A DNA stretch of 64,000 bases from NCBI RefSeq assembly GCF_009914755.1, contig NC_060947.1. The stretch is one strand, 5' to 3'. The position numbers and the translations under genes were made by a program. The notes beneath the pieces were generated by a model, which saw only the letters and a program-made list of their open reading frames with translations, ran no database searches and had not been told where the DNA came from. The stretch is from the human T2T-CHM13v2.0 reference genome, Homo sapiens. This document shows positions 45,061-57,650 of the stretch, one piece after another. How positions within the stretch are numbered: the stretch's first letter is position 1; each line of letters starts with the position of its first letter.

Positions 45061-45479
45061 GATGCTAGGCTAGAAGAAAAAAGTCTAAGTTAGGTGATCA
45101 TTGGTGTTTATTTTACGTGTCAATAACTCTGGTTTTGTCTATTCTGTTCACTGATGCATTCCAAGCACCTAGAACAGCGTGTGGTACAAACTAGGCATTC
45201 AATCAATATTTGTTATATGCATTAAAGAATGTGTGCAAGTAATAATGATAGCAGCTTTTGATCACCTATGTCATACAGTCCTTACAACAATTCAACAGGA
45301 TGGTTGGTATTAGTCCTAGTTTTCAGAGGAGAAAGCTGATGTTTGGACAAGGATAAGGAACCTGGTTAAGCTCACACAGATGCTATGAGGTGGCATCAGT
45401 GTTCAAATGCAGCTCTGTCTGAATCTAGACTCCATGGTTTGGCTTTTTTTTCTACTTTATTCTTCCCTGATTTTACACA

Positions 45480-46220
45480 AGTAGTAGCAGGTTGTACATA
45501 TTTCTGCATATTGATTTTTTTTATTTTAATGTATCTGCAGAGTCTTCCCAAATCAGTACATAAAGAATTTCCTCATTCCTTCTTTTTACAGCTGCATAGT
45601 ATTCCTTTGTGTGGTTGTGCCATGTTTTATACTGATGAACACTTAGGACAAAATGTATGCTCCTTTCAGTTTGGATAGAGGTTGCTAAATTGCCCTCTAT
45701 CAGGGATTGCCAAAATGCACTCTGGGCAATATATGGCAATGTGTTTCCCTAGAGCCACACCAGCACTGTATGTTTTCACACCTTCAGTACTTCCTCTCTA
45801 CAATTTCTCCAGCGATTCCACCAAGAATCCACATGGAATCATAACCGTTTTCTAGTTTCATTTGTTTAAAATAAAATCCTAAGTATGAAAGTAATATATA
45901 TTCACTATAGGAAAAATACACAAAATTTAAATACACAATATAAAATACACAAAATTTAAATACGCAAGAATTTAAAAAACCACCTTAATCTGACAACCCA
46001 GATTTAACCACAGTGTACCCATTCTTCCAGACTGTTTTTCTTGCCTATGCACACAGATTTTTTTTACAAGGTGGATCACATGGTGCACACCCTTTTTGTA
46101 ACCAACTTTGTTCATTTAACTACATCCTATGGCAGTCGGTCTTCATCTACAACTTTGGTTTAATGTCTGAATGCTATTCCATCATTGGATGAGCTGACGT
46201 AGTAGCAAACAACCCCTCTT
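45480..46220 (-). mobile_element. Ancient L1ME fragments
   Basis: ttttacagctgcatagtattcc, gattgccaaaatgcactc, tgaatgctattccatcattggatg. Confidence 0.55.
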
Positions 46221-48880
46221 GTTGAGCTGTTCTAAGGATTAAAAAGAAAGAATCTGTGAAAGTGCCTAGAACAGTGCCTGACAGCAGTTATTCAACAAAT
46301 GGCATTTCAACACACATGTATTCTTACCCACTCAAAGGCAGAGAACTACAATTTTAATCCTAACATCCTGTGCCAGTATCATCATGTAGCTTGGATTCAT
46401 TTATTAATTCAATTCCCATTTGAACATCTATCATGTGCCTGGCACTAGTCTGAGTAATACTGATAGAAAGGTAAGGACATTGTCCATCCCCTCAAGGGTG
46501 AGTGCCCAGCCTACCACCTGGCATCATATGCTTGGGAAGTATAATAACAGCTACAAACTCATGAACAGGTACAACAGCATTCTAGCAGAAGGAGCTCAAG
46601 ACTTGACCTGTTGACGGTTCTCACATTTAGCTCTGTGATGCCTCTCTGAGCAATGAATCTTAGCCATTCTACTATGCTATCTCCTCAACAATATCATGCT
46701 AATTATATTGTCCTTCCACATTTACAGAGTTGGAGAATTCAGTGAACTAAGAGATGCAAATGCACAGTACAAAATTCAAATGTCCAATTCGGGGCAGGGC
46801 TGCATCTAACTTTAATGGCAACCACTGCATGTGATGTCTGGGGACTCTATAGATACATGGCCTCAGACCCTGAAGACATCTGGATTCTGTCACTGGATTG
46901 TTCACAAAGTGAGGCTGAACTTTGTAAGTAGAAACTTTTGGAAGAAGACCAGTTAACTCAGATTTAATTATCCTAATAATTCTCCCTGATACCTAATTAA
47001 GAAACATAACTAACTCAACAAGCTGTGAGAGGCTTGTGCTGAAAATCATAGATGTATAACTACATAATTAATTTTATTGTGTGGGTTGGTAAATCATGTA
47101 ATGAATCAGATGAAAATAATCAGAAAAGTATTTCAATTTGGTTGTTAAAATATACAGTCAAATGTCTTTTACCATAGTGAAACTCTTGATTAATAATACA
47201 TTTCTTCTTGATTAAAATCATTTTGTAATGAATATATTTTTGAGCATCTGCTTTCATGAGGCTTGGCATTAATATTTAAAGTAGTTTTTAACTGTGTGCT
47301 TTTCCCCCTTTACTATATTTTCCTGTCCTCCTTGTCATAACAAAAGTGACGTCTTAAAAATAGTTGGTGGGATGATTTTTACTTCTATCTGTGGGGCTTT
47401 GAAGTTATTTTCAGGCTATTAATGTAGCTTTCCTCACATGTACCTGTGCCAAAACCTGCTAATAAGGAACAGTAGAATGAAAAGCTGCTACCTGTTGTAT
47501 GAGATCAAAATACTTTGACTACTGTACTGAAGCTTGATTTAATGGAGAAAGTTATGTTCTGAGGGAAAAGAGAAAGCAGCCTGATTCAGGACCTATGTGT
47601 GTCTACAGCACGAATAAATGGAATGAAAAGACCTGGTTAGCCGGTTCCTTACTGATTCATGGGGGCAAGAAACTGTACAGGACAGTTTCTCCCTGAGGGT
47701 CATGCCAGGGACCCTCTACTAACCCCAATGTGACATATCAAGCTGGGCACAAAAGAAACATGGCTGTCTTCAAAACTTGGAGCTTGTTAAATTCATCCAG
47801 AACCATCTATTATCATTCATTTTCCTCACACCTCTCCACTTCCTTACCTTAACCCACATTGCATGTCAACCCAAAACATACCTTGAATACCATCTGCTTG
47901 CAAATGTAAAATACTATCTTAGGATACCTTGAGGTATCTGTAGGGTTTGGGGTTCTATAATCCAACCACCATTTACAGCAAGCTAAATGAGAATGCTATA
48001 TAACCTTGGGTTAGTCTGAAAATAATCTTTGTGAGTCCACAAAGATAAGAATGATAAAATTCTGGATCGTGTTTTATTTTGTTAGACCTGTATAGTATCA
48101 TGCAATGTCACCGATGAATGACCGAATGCATAGAGCTTTAGCTTTGGTTTTCCCATATCTGAAATGAAGATAATGCATTCCTCAACACCAAGTCTCAAAG
48201 GATGCAGCTTATTCCTGGCTACCTGTCCAAAATATTACCAGATACATAAGAAAGCTGATAAGTTGTTATCACACTTATTTGTGGCACAGTGTAAGTAATA
48301 TGGAGTTTGGAGTAGAAAGTCTCAGGGCTCAGTAGATTGCTGTCCCTATTAGGCTAGTTATACACCCTTTCTGTGTCTCAGTTTCTTCATCTTTGAAAGG
48401 GAAATAATAATGCAGGCGCCTGTTGCGTGCTGAGGCAGGCCTGTGAGTATCCTAAGCAGTTATATCCTTAGAAATGCTGCGTGCTACTCTTATTAGTATG
48501 ACCATTACTGCTTACAACACAATGTACCATTTGATGAGACTATTCTAAATGAGTCAAGCATTGTACTTTAGAGCTTTATGTATCTCATTTATCTGCATAA
48601 CATCACTGTGAGCTAGTTGTTATTATTTCCATTTTACACATAAAACTAAAACCCAGAAAAGCCAACCTGCTAAGTGGCAAACCTGGTATTTGAACTCTTT
48701 CCCTCTGATGTAAAGATATGTTGTATTTATCACTATTAGACTCTAAGCAGAAACCTTGAGAATGCTTGGTTTTATGTTTTATTCAACTAAGGTTTATTGA
48801 GAACCTGCTATATACCAGGTACTATACTAAGAATTGTGCATTAATTACATTATCTTCTTGTAACAGTCCTATGAGCTAAG

Positions 48881-49070
48881 CAGGGTTTTTTCATCTTGGC
48901 TCTATTGCCATTTTGGCCAGATAGTTCTATCTTTTGAGGGGCTGTCCTGTGTGTTGTAGGATGTTTAGCAATATACCTAGTCTCCTCCTCCCCTCAGTTG
49001 TGACCACCAAAAATCTCTAGATATTGCTAAGTGTCCCTTGGGGGCAAAATCACCCCAGATGAAAAACAGT
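48881..49070 (-). mobile_element. MER20 inserted in a MIR
   Basis: cagggttttttcatcttggc...ggctgtcctgtgtgttgtaggatgtttagca...gggggcaaaatcacccc. Confidence 0.88.
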
Positions 49071-50160
49071 GAGTTAGAATAATTCTACTTTACAGGTGAT
49101 GAAAACAAGGTACAGAGAGTTTAGAGTAAATTGCACAGGGTCACAAATCTAGTAAGTGGCAGAATTTGAATCTGACTCGGGACTTTGGAACCTGACCTCA
49201 CATTCCTTCTCCCCTACGGCATCCCTTTTTCTGATACTGCCATGTTTCTAAGGAAACTCAAATACCAAAGAGGCCTCCAGGTGGCTCCTGAAAGCCTGCC
49301 TTCTCCTAGGGCGAGCTGGCCATCGAGATTTTGTCCAGGACTTAGAGGCATGAACGCAGGAGGAAACCATGGGTTGCTTCCACTAATGGTTGCAATACAA
49401 ATCGTTCCACAACTTTGTCTGTACCATTCATAGCTGCTCTCATTTCCTATCAAGTATGAAGACATTTTTTGTCCAGGAAGGTTTCAATCTGTTGCAAACA
49501 ATAGATGGGTAAAGCACAAAGTTACAAACCAGTTCAGTCAGTCGCTGGGAGTTTCTGAAGTGACTTAAATAGCCCTGCCAATGTAGGTCGCTATTTTTAA
49601 GGCTGAGCTAAGCGTTTGAAAGTGGTTCACACAGCCATGCTCTCAGATAGAAGTCACAGGACATCAGAATTGCAAGAACTCTCAAGGCCTTGCCTGAGCC
49701 CGGTGGAAATGGACACTGTGCACCCAGGATCACACAGCTGGGATTTCTGGTAAAAAACTTTCTGATGTTTCCTTCCGCCTTGAGAATGGCTGAACTCATC
49801 ACCTTCTGACATTCTGGGAAGGTGTGACTGCTTGGTTAAGACCCTTCTTGCCCTGCTCTTGCCAGAATGGAGAAGAATAGATGACCAAGCCTTTCACTGT
49901 CTTTCTGTTCTGAGGATGGATTAAAGCCATTCATACTTGCAAAACCACCCAAAGTCCTATATTATAGTTATTTAGCAAAGACTTTATAGCACATACTGAG
50001 TGCTTTACAAAATTCACTTAGTATTCTCCCAATGGGTCCTATTGTCATCATTTTACCAAGGAGTAGCTGGAACTGAGGGGGTTAGGGAGATGAAGTAACT
50101 TGTTCAAGGTCGTGGAAAATAAACGGCAGAGCCTGGATTGAAGAGAGTCTGGTTCTAACC

Positions 50161-50770
50161 CGGTGTTTCTCAAACTTGAGTGGGCATCAGCATTGTGTGG
50201 AAGCTTGTTAAACACAGATTGCTGGATCACCCCCATCACCCCAGAGTTTTGGATTCAGTAGGTCTTGGGTGGTGCCCCAAAATTTACATCTCAAATTCCC
50301 AGGTGATGCCGCTATTGCTGCTCCTGGGACTATGCTTCTCAAACTCTCTGCTCCAGCATATCTGCTCTTGATCACCACATCCTTCCTCTCCTACCTTGTC
50401 AGCTAAAAATAAAAAATAATAATAATAAAAAAAAAGGTAGAGTTATGTGGAGCAGTGGGTCGCCACTTTGGCTGACCTGGGTAGTATAAAATACCAATGC
50501 CTAGGCCCTATCCCCAGATATTCGGGCTCAGTGGCTTGGCTTTGGTTCCAGGCATCTGTAGTTTACAAGTTCCTCCATGGGGGATTCCAACGTGCAGTAA
50601 GGCATCACACTGGAAACCACTGATTTGGGTGATGCCTCACAAACTTTCCAGGGTATATAAATTCCATAGGGATCTCAAGAAAATGCAGATTCTGCATTTC
50701 TAACAAACCACAAGGTAATACCCATGCTACCAGATCTCAGCCGAAGCTTGGGGTAGCAAGAACTAGTATT
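50161..50770. mobile_element. Cluster of MER5A/MER5B MITEs
   Basis: Three MER5-type segments (about 50161-50350, 50453-50622, 50630-50765), e.g. ttgttaaacacagattgctgg and ctgcatttctaacaa. Confidence 0.7.
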
Positions 50771-50782
50771 TCCCAAACCCCA

Positions 50783-50988
50783 TGGTTACCAGTTAAAAAA
50801 TACAGAATGCCTACTTCAATTTAAATTTTCAATAAATAATAACATTACTTTTTGGTATAAGTATATCCTATATATTACAATAAAATTATACTAACATTTA
50901 TACTAAAAATTATTCATTGTTTATTTGAAATTCAATTTAAGTGGATACTTTTGTTTGGCTTTGCTTTTTGGCTAAATCTGGCAACCCT
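50783..50988. mobile_element. MER53 palindromic hAT MITE
   Basis: ggttaccag...tttaaattttcaataaataataa / ttattcattgtttatttgaaattcaa...tctggcaaccct; self-complementary arms. Confidence 0.85.
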
Positions 50989-51739
50989 ACCTGAAGACAA
51001 GAATCATCTGAATTACTTGTTTCAATGCATTCACACCTACTCATGGATTTCTTGTTCTAATGCAGACCTACTGAATCATAATCATCATTTCTGGGACCTG
51101 GTAATCTGTATATTTAACAAGTGCTGCCAGGTGCTTCTTTTCAGCTCAATTTGGGAAGTACATAAAACCCTGGATTATGACTGCCTGAAATCCTCATACT
51201 GGCCGTTGTCAGGGCTGGACTTGTAGTCATCACACTGCATAGGAACCGGAGCCAAATCCCTCTGCAATTACGACCTGTGTCGTTAACTTTTCTCAAGGTT
51301 GTTATAGATAAATACTTACAAAGGGTGTTTTTTTTTTCTACTTGCACTTTTAATTTGCTAAATCATACTAAGGCCTTTCAGATCCATGTATTTTTTTTGT
51401 CAACACATTAACAGACATGTAGCCATGTTTGATCTTAATTATTCAATTATTTGTTTTGTATCAGGGGATACTCCTTGAGCTAGATTCAGTTGATTTGCAT
51501 TTGTAGAGTTTTCCAGTATTGGCACTTCATTTGGTATTTTATGACAAGAGGCTTTATTTGAAAACATCTTGCTAAATGGTTGTTAGCTGCTTCCTGAACA
51601 TACTGTACAGGAAAATGTAGTTTATAATAAAATTCAGCCTTCCTCCAACTCGTTATTATAATGCTATATTTTACATGTAAATTATATTAGGAAGCCTGTG
51701 TCTTTCCTTTAGTGATTAAGATTTCATGGAGGGGAAGAA

Positions 51740-51780
51740 GAATGGAAAGGAAAGGAAAAGGAAAAGGAAAGGAAAGGAAG
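51740..51780. repeat. (GGAAA)n purine repeat
   Basis: Read directly from the sequence. Confidence 0.9.
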
Positions 51781-52474
51781 ATAGTTTATTTGTTTTTAAT
51801 AAGTTAGCCTCCTCTGGGGAAGATAAACTTTCTGACACCGAACATAATTGAGTAAGCCAGAATAAATTGTTGCATTCTCTACATAGGCCTCCTTTCACTC
51901 ACAAGGATATTCTTTGTGCCATTTCTAACTGTACTATTACTTTTGGAAACATTTTTAATAGAATAGACTGTGTTCATACCTGTAAGTACTTTTCTTGATA
52001 CCACCTTAGAAAGCATTCAAATGCATTCTCTACTAGCGTAGAGAAATTGGTGGGTTTTTTTGGTTTTGCGTGTGGTTTTTTTGTTGTTGTTGTTTTAATA
52101 GTACCTCAGGGTAGCAAATTCATGTGTTCTCTCACTGCAGGGAAGCAGCACATTAAAAAAAAAAAAAACCACCAGAGGAAATTGCCACTGCTGACTTTTG
52201 TGCAAAGAAGAGGAACAAAATGCTTGCCATGTCTTTTAGTAGTCAATGGGCCACAGATAATCCTATGGTGGCATTCTACATTTACCAAACCAGTATTAAA
52301 TTTGTGAACACTTTTTTTCCAACAGAAAAACTGTTCCTACATCCTTTATGAAGGCTGTAGGAAAATGGAAAGGAAGTTAAGAAAAAGGAATGGAGGTGGT
52401 TAAAATTATGCAAAATAGTTCATCTGCAGAAAACATGCAGGAAATGGGCTTGTTTCACTTGAGAGGTGTTGGAA

Positions 52475-52492
52475 GGGCTGGGCTGGGGAGGG
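52475..52492 (+). other. Canonical G-quadruplex motif
   Basis: GGGctGGGctGGGGaGGG, four G-tracts with 1-2 nt loops. Confidence 0.75.
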
Positions 52493-53267
52493 ATGAGTTG
52501 CCCAGTATCCTGGGGAATTAAAAGTCTGAAAGGCCGAGACCCCTGCTTTGGATGTTTGCTGCGGAAGAGCCACCACATGAGGTTGTTCAGGGTGCACCTA
52601 GTGCGAGAGTGCCCAGCTGTGTTAGCCCCTGCCACACTCACTAGCCTGGGTGGGCACCAGGCTGGGGGAAGGGTGCCTGCTCTGCAGTCATCTGACTGCA
52701 GGGGGTGCTGTTTCCTCTTTGCAAAGGGCTCACGGGTAGCTGAGACTGTGAGTCCCTGAAAGCATCATCACTGCTCCCTGCCACCAGCTTCGGTGGTGCC
52801 AGCCTGGGATTTGGAACCACCCAAAGGCTTTTACAGGCTATGCAGTGAATAACTTCATCTGAAGTGAAAGGACCAAGTGATGAGGGATGTTGAGCCATCC
52901 TAAAATAGCATCATTTACTTCCTTCCGAAGTATGGTTAAGGTCTGAGGAAGTCTTGGGCATACATGAGGGCAAGGAGGAATTTCTGCAGGTCCTGGGCTG
53001 AGGAGGCTTAGCCAGGATTCAGTGATGCTTCAGAAACTGGGCTCAGGCCTCTGGTTACAGACTGTGACTACAAGGCTGCCCATTGCTACTGCTTGTCACA
53101 TGGAGTTACTTCCTCTTTCTTCTTGATCTTGGAAAGGCAGGCACCTAGAAAATTCTCCAGAACCTACCCTTTCATTTTGCTGCTGAATTGAAGTTGTAAA
53201 CTAGAAATTGTAAAAGATAATGTGTCGATTTTTGTTGCAACGTTAATTGGGGGTTTGCCCAATCTAA

Positions 53268-53477
<210 letters not shown>

Positions 53478-54044
53478 TAGGTTAAACAGATGGCATGAAC
53501 AATAGAATCCTTGGCCAATGGACTTCTTTATCTTTGTTTATGAGAATGAACATACTTAAATTAGGCACTCATAGGCATTTGGAGGCCATTACTAAAGCAG
53601 CTGGATCTCTTAAGCCAGCTGCTTATATTTCTATATATTTATATATTTATTTCTATACATTTATATTTCTATATATTGTGATGTTGGGTTGCTTCATTCT
53701 TCGACAGGCACCATCTTCGAATGACAAGTCACTGTGTAGCATGGTAAGCCTGGCTCAGAGCAAAAGTTTCCACCGTTAAATATTAGGCCAAGTTGTATTC
53801 GTTGTCTGAGATTAACAACCGAAGTTGGACATGCAAGAATCTCATTTACAAGGTTTTCTAGGAGTGGTCAAGACAGGAATGCTACTTTCTCATCTGTAAT
53901 TTTTTAAAAATCAGCTAAAAGGATTATGTACATTATTTGTTTTATTGTAAATTTCTCACACTAACGTTGGCTTAGGTTTTGGATTTTTGTGGTGCTCTGG
54001 TTTTTTGTTAATTGTGGTATAGAGAGAGAGAGAAAAAGAGAGAA

Positions 54045-54675
54045 AGATAACATGAAATTTACCATTTTAACCAGTTTTAGGTGTACAATTCAGTGGCATT
54101 AAGTACATCCACAATGTTGTGCAACCATTCGCTACTATCCATTTCCAGAACTTTTTCATGATACCCGAAAGAATCTTTGTACCCATTAAACAATAATTGC
54201 CAGTTCCTCCCTCCCCTTACCCCCTGGTGACATCTATTCTACTTTCTGTCTCCATAAGTTTATCTGCTCTAGGGACCTCATACAAGTGAAATTTATATAT
54301 TTTCTGTCCTTTTGTCACTGACTTCTTTCACTTAGCGTAACGTTTTCAGGCTCATCTATGCTGTAGCACATGTCAGAAGTTTTTCCTTTTTTTATTTTTC
54401 CTTTTTAATGTTCCCTTGTGTGGATAGGCCACATTTTGTGTATTCATTCATCTGTTAATGGACATTTGGGTTGTTTCCACCTTTTGTCTATTGTTACTGG
54501 TATTGTTATGAACATCGGTGTACAAGCATCAATTTGAGTCCCTGCTTTCACATCTTCTAGACACATACCTAGGCGTGGAGTTGCTGAAACATATGGAATT
54601 GTTGGGTCAAAATTAAAGGCTGTGTTTAACTTTTTGAGGAACCACCAAACTGTTTTCTGGAGTGGCTGCAGAGTG
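54045..54675 (-). mobile_element. L1MB-type 3' end
   Basis: aaatttaccattttaacc...gtacaattcagtggcattaagtacat...tttttgaggaaccaccaaactgtttt. Confidence 0.88.
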
Positions 54676-56699
54676 GTTTTTTTGTTTCGTTTTTTTGTTT
54701 GTTTGTTTGTTTGCAGTTTTGTGAAAAGAGCATTTCTATTTCTCAAAATGGCAAGGGTCCATACTGCCCTTTTTCTCCAACCTGAGCAAAATATCCTTAA
54801 TTATAAGAAATTCATGAAACAGATTTGAAATCAGGAAGTGTGGTTGGGTCTATCCTGATTATAATAGAGGAGAGATTGGAGGCCAGAAAAAAAAATTATT
54901 TCACAACCACATGCTACATTCTTTGTTCCAGCCAAGTTGATTATGGACTGATTAGCCAAACACCGGATCACCGTGAGGTGAGGGGTCATTTTTATAAAAA
55001 ATATCTGCCAAGATTGTTTCTAGGGGATTTGGTCTTTTGTACCAACCCCCGCGCACCACCACATACAAGTGAGGATTGTTGGAAAGTATCAACAGGGACA
55101 ACACATGTGAGTGTTGTGGACAGTTTCTCAGTCTCTGAAGCCCAAATCTCTCTCCTTCCCTAGAATTGCTGCACAGGGGACAGGACTCCCACCCCTTCAG
55201 AGCACAGTTTCTTTCTGACGTACTTAACTCCTGGGTCCATCCCAGGAAGATCCAGTATGCCCTTGAACATGACTGGAAAGTGGCCCCCTGGCTTCCCAAG
55301 GCTTTCCTAAGGATATGCTCACAGAGATACTATCATAGAAATGGCAGTGGGAGCAGGGCCTCCCAGAAACCTCAAAGATTAGAAGAAAGGCCAATAGTTT
55401 GGCTCAAACCCCAGAGTTTGAATTCATAATTTCATACCGTTTGTCCAAGTCCCTTAGGCTGCTAGGAAGACAGTATTTTTTAATATTATATTGTACCATC
55501 TATTTTGTAACATGGCTATGATTGTGTGCAATTGGCTCAGTTAAGGTGAACTAGATGCTTTGACTCAAAACAATAAAAATTTTGGGCTGAAGAAATATAA
55601 TTTTTAAAAGATATGGATGATGGGTTTATGAAGGTATGCATCAGACTTCTCTGATTAAAACAGGTGTTTCTTTTCCCCTGGTTGGATTTGGGTTCCCATA
55701 CATTCCAGGTCATTCCATCAATAGGTGGAAACCCAAACTGAGGCCAACTGGTTAGAGGTTCTGGGAACGTCAGCTAGCTCTGCCTTCATGCATTACCATT
55801 AGCATCGCTGACATTTTTAAGAGCCAGCCTGGGTGTCAGTTTAACATTTACACTGGCCTAATGCCCACTGTTAAAACATAAGAGCAAATCAGCAGCTTAA
55901 TAGAGAAACCTGCACTGATTACTAAATGGCAAGTTTTAAAACCAAAGTCACCAGTGTTATTTTTCCAAATCCATGTGGTTTCATTTTACTTGAAAAGTAA
56001 GTTTCTACAGTCCTCTCAGAGAAAGTTTTAAGATGTCAAGAACAGTATTTCTTCGGAAAGTGTTTGTTCTTTATCACTAATGAGTTTTATAAATAATGAC
56101 AATCATTCTTTTCCTTTCCTTGTTTTTTTTTTTTTTTACTTACTAGGTAATGTTTATTACAAAGAGGTATTCTAATTATCAGAGTTCTCGGGAGCCCAGG
56201 TTTGCAGTGTGGAATATTTCTGTACTCATTAGTTTTAGAAGTTAAAGGTACAATTTGAAAATTAATCTATGGTTGATAATTAGCACCTTTGCATTGAATT
56301 TTTCACTCTCTTGCATATTTTTTGAAAGAGAAATTTAGATGTTTTCTTTTTTTTATCTCGTCTTAGGATGTAAATAACCCCCATCAGACAATTGTTTCTG
56401 ATGGAGGTACAAGTATTCCAAGTGACAGACAAAGCTATGGGAGGAAGTTGGCTTTTATGTGTTCAAAGTTAGAGTCTAACAACTAAATAATGAGATAATT
56501 CTAACATAATGAGTCTTTCAGAACATGGCCCAGGAGAGTTCAAAATGTGCTCAAGTTTCATCTTCCCTCTTCCATACCCAATTATTTAGGGTAGGGCTGG
56601 GTAACCTGTTATCTATAGAGTTACTGATTCACGGGGTTAAATGAAGGATGCAATAAACACATGCTAATATATGTTTTTATAATACCGTATAGGCTGCAA

Positions 56700-56840
56700 A
56701 CTAATGGTTCTCAACCTTGGCCACACATTGGAATAGACTGAGGATCAGTAAAAAATCCTGATGCCTGGGTCTGGGATTGAGCCTGGAAATAGTGAGTTTC
56801 AGGAGCTCCCCAGGTAATTCTAATGAACAGCTATGGTTGC
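56700..56840. mobile_element. MER5-type MITE
   Basis: tggttctcaaccttggccacacattggaat...gctccccaggtaattctaatg. Confidence 0.75.
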
Positions 56841-57069
56841 TGCTGTAAAGCACTTGTCAACACATGATCTCATTTATTTGGCTTGAACACAGAAATGATT
56901 AACTCCATTTTTCTGGATGGTAGAACTGAGACTCAGCCTATGAGAAGGAACAACTTTTGTTGATATTCTTGGAGAAATATGAAATGCAGTTTTAAGGAAC
57001 AGAAAACATTGTTTAAGAAATATGATAGATGCAAATTTAAAATTTCTCAGTTCCTTACTGTTACCAGTT

Positions 57070-57515
57070 AAGAGAGAGCAGAGCAGGGGAAGGGAGGAAG
57101 ACAGATGGAAAGAAAGAAACTACAAGGAAAAGGAAAGAGTCATGGGAGAGGGAGTCCCAATGAGAAATGGATAAAAGAGGGAGAGATGAAGAGAAAGAGA
57201 AATGAAGAGAAACAGAGAAAGTGAGATACTCTAAGGTGATTGTTACAATAACAGCATCAATTAATAATAACTTTAGATGTAGGTATAGATGGAGAGGGAT
57301 GTAGATATATTATAGATCCAATCATAGATACAGATATAAAAATAGATATAGATGTGGACATACATATAGATGATAGAGAATATAGACATTGATGTAAGTA
57401 TTAATACAGAGATAGATGGGTATAGATACATAGATGGATATAGACTATAGGTATAGATGATAGAGCTATAGATATGGATATGGGTATAGATGATTAGATA
57501 CAGATATAGACTATA
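57070..57515. repeat. GA-rich tract followed by degenerate (TAGA/TATAGA)n low-complexity repeat
   Basis: Read directly from the sequence. Confidence 0.85.
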
Positions 57516-57650
57516 GATGAGTGACTATACAGTCACATTCACCCAGGAGAGTCCTGGTTTATGGGTATCATTCTGAAGTAATTACAGACAGCACCTCCTT
57601 TTGCTCTCAAAGTGTTCTGGTTTGGATAACACAAGATAAGGTATTTTAAA
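57516..57650 (-). mobile_element. MER94-like hAT-Blackjack MITE
   Basis: gtcctggttta...gtaatta...cctccttttgctctcaaagtgttctggtttggata matches the reverse complement of MER94. Confidence 0.7.

Noticed and set aside
47923-47938. Short palindrome gataccttgaggtatc (similar one near 42739-42752)
   Set aside because: 6-7 bp arms are expected by chance in 64 kb.
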